Shown: in pieces, positions 61,678 through 64,000 of the stretch
Layout of the letters: the number at the start of each line of letters is the position of its first letter
Position numbering within the stretch: position 1 is the first letter of the stretch
Assembly (NCBI GenBank): GCA_973895155.1
Contig: OZ316896.1
Coordinates: 20,386,754-20,450,753, forward strand
Length of the DNA: 64,000 nucleotides
Source of the DNA: Marsupella aquatica
Lineage: Eukaryota; Plantae; Marchantiophyta
Direction: 5' to 3'
Notes under the pieces: generated by a model
The model's input: the letters and a program-made list of their open reading frames with translations, nothing else
The model's database searches: none
What the model was told of the DNA's origin: nothing
Made by a program: the position numbers and the translations under genes

Positions 61678-64000
61678 ATGGGGATATTCTTTTGAGGAGA
61701 CGAGGTTTCCCTCTTACTTGACGGAGTTGAAGTTGCCTCTGGAATAGTCCTTAAGGTTGACCCCGGTGACTCAGTGCGTAACGTTGATTTGGGTATTAAT
61801 CATATAGGAGTTCTTATTGAGAGGTGCTATGATGGATCTCAAGAAATTCCATTCCCGTTGCCACCGATCAGGACACTTTTTGATGTTGTAGACTCCTGCA
61901 TTATTTGGGATGCCTCTTTCGCATATTTGAGGTCACAGTCAACTCCAGCGATGACACAAGTGGATGCTACATGTTCTACAAATGATTCATTTCCCAATTG
62001 CTTACCTGAAAAATCTGCGGTGGGAAGTTTGGGAGACTCAATTACGGATGGTGATGAAGTGGAGCTCTCGATTGGAAATCAGATTGTGTGTCAAGGATTT
62101 GTATTCAAGACGAATCCCGATGAGACTTGTCACAATGAAAGACTTGGCCCTGATAGGATTAGTGTGAAGATATGTGAAGTTGTTCAAGGAATGGAGAGGT
62201 TACCCTTTCCGCACGCTGGAGCCGTTACCATTCAGGAAGGATTGGACAGTTTTGTAATCTGGAATTTAAGGAATGTTCATCGGAGGAGTTCTTCACATGA
62301 TTTATTAGATGAGCCGTCCGCACGGGATGTTTTTGGAAATTATAATTTCAAAGATTATAGTTTGCGTTCGAACTGGATGGCGGAGGAAGTGGAATTGTAT
62401 GTTGATGATAATCGGACCAAGGTCGGGCTTGGCATCATCATAGTTCCTTTCGAGTCCGGTGCCATTGATGATGAGGTTCTTGGGCCAGATCACGTTGGGG
62501 TTGTTGTCACAGGTGTGATTGACCCTCAATGTTTCCTGAATATCTCCCCCGGAGTGCCCGGTCTTGTTAGGTGGGCCATCTGTTCACTTGTGTTGATATC
62601 AAGGGGGATTTTTCTTCTGGATCTCATTGGAGAGGTTTCCCCCGAGATAATTATTGATGGTCGAGATCGTCTAGAGGTAGATATGAATGGTCACACTGAG
62701 TTTTCAAAACGGCCTTATAATTTCATCAAGAGATCGAAGGGGAACCCTGATGAAAAAAGGAAGAAGCACCTGGAGTTGAGGGCAATTCTGAAAATCACAG
62801 AAGAGGAAATTGATTCCATCCAAAGAGAAGGTTGTTGTAAGTTGAAGTGTTGCCTCAACATGCCGAGAGAAGACCTACAGGCAATAAGGAGGGAATACCA
62901 TGGGATGTCAAGCGACAACAAAACCAGTCACATTTTCACTCTTTTTGGTTGCAGGGAGAAGGAAGTGGAGACAAAAGGATATTTTGTTGTAAGAGGTCGA
63001 CTTGTATGCAAGGGTGCATTTATTAAAATGCATGGATTCAGCACTGCCAAATATTATGATTACAAAAATCAATACAAAGCAGGTTGCAAGGTTGGATTCC
63101 ATGGAAACAAGGGTTCACACAAGACACGGGGAAGCACCTTGCACGCTCGTGCTTTGTTGGAGTCCATTCTAACCCAAAACGGAGAACCCATGCCGCATCT
63201 ACCCTATGGAGGGTCTCATGGTACTGACACGGTTGAGTATAGACTTCCATCTTGTTTCACGAAGAAAGAAATTTTTGAGGAGGTGTACTCCAAGATGGAA
63301 TTAGATGGCTACGTGAAGGTGAGTGCATTTGCAAAGTGTACACTTTGCACTGATTTCAAAGATCAGTTGATGCGTGAGAAGAGAAAGAAAGAGCGTTTAG
63401 AGATTGAGGAAAGAAGAGCTCGTCATCTTCGTGAGCAAATGTCTAGGAGATATGTTTACTATGCTCACAGGGTTCTTGCGAAGAAGGATCCTGAGAACTA
63501 TCTTTGCATTATACATGACAAGATGGACCAAGCCAAGACATGGATCCCTAGGTTGGTCCCCACTCCTAAATCATTGTCTGGCAGTGGTCAACCTCTCCCC
63601 ATTGCGCTCACTGGGATGTTGACCCACGGAAGGGATCCCAGAGTGTATGCTCACTTCAGTTTCACTGGGCTTTGGCCGGGAGATGCAGACTTCACAGTGA
63701 CATCGTTGGCCAAGTGCCTTAGAGATCTGGAGGATTACAAGGGGGACAAATCTGGAGACCTCCTTGAAGGGTTATATTGGGCTGCAACGAGGCCAATTTT
63801 TCAATCTCTTTTGGACTTTGAAGCATTTCTTGCAGGGTACTTAGAACCCAAAAAAGTCTCAATTGCTAGATTTCAAGGAGCTGAAGATGACCAAGATATT
63901 GGGTTATCAAATGTGGTGGATGACGAGTTTGGTATTGATCCCAAGGCTGCTACCTCTTTCAAACCATTGCCAAGGCACCTGACCTTGCAAATGGATAATT
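61678..64000 (+). CDS. Sola-like/DUF7869-type DD(D/E) transposase, 3'-incomplete at the window edge
   Basis: Not in the ORF track because it runs off the end. Frame 1 is open 61696-64000 (ATG 61678 is followed by TGA 61693). Motifs CCKLKCC, LVCKGAFIKMHGFS, HGNKG, GEPMPH, FAKCTLC, CIIHDKMDQ, TGMLTHG, PLPRHLTLQMDN. Confidence 0.78.

Larger units (their letters stand above)
38800..64000. mobile_element. Large DNA transposon (Sola-like/DUF7869-type transposase) with divergent cargo gene; interrupted by CACTA-2; right end outside window
   Basis: Transposase-like ORF 61678 to beyond 64000 (+). Cargo pseudogene ~60200-39735 (-). The same 19-bp palindrome occurs on both sides of CACTA-2, from 39202 to 62677. 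The left boundary is approximate because no TIR could be verified. Confidence 0.7.

Overview
Eukaryotic, intron-containing land-plant DNA. It is probably a bryophyte such as a liverwort (inferred from TE-protein style), from a lineage that has or had DYW-type RNA-editing factors. About 70% of the window is nested transposons around a small host-gene island (22.6-32.6 kb): an RmlD/MAT2B-like Rossmann gene, a DYW pseudogene, PIG-C and D-aminoacyl-tRNA deacylase. Two diverged full-length CACTA/EnSpm elements are delimited by TIRs and 3-bp TSDs (2180-19404, TSD ACT; 43780-57692, TSD GGC). In both, a shared Zn-finger first exon can splice in phase either to a SET-domain (lysine methyltransferase) exon or to the DDE transposase exons, and a TnpA-like gene lies head-to-head. 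CACTA-2 interrupts a much larger Sola-like/DUF7869-type DNA transposon (~38.8 kb to beyond 64 kb). Its decayed cargo gene joins a ParB-like domain, an N6/N4 amino-DNA-methyltransferase-like domain and an FCP1-like HAD phosphatase. That element carries about 20 copies or half-sites of a 19-bp palindrome (GCTCGAGATSATCTCGAGC). Other nested inserts are two ~4-kb TG..CA units with single ORFs, a TIR element with TTAA inside its TIRs, a truncated RLE-type LINE and a Harbinger-like Myb remnant. All domain assignments are by-eye motif recognition, not database searches.
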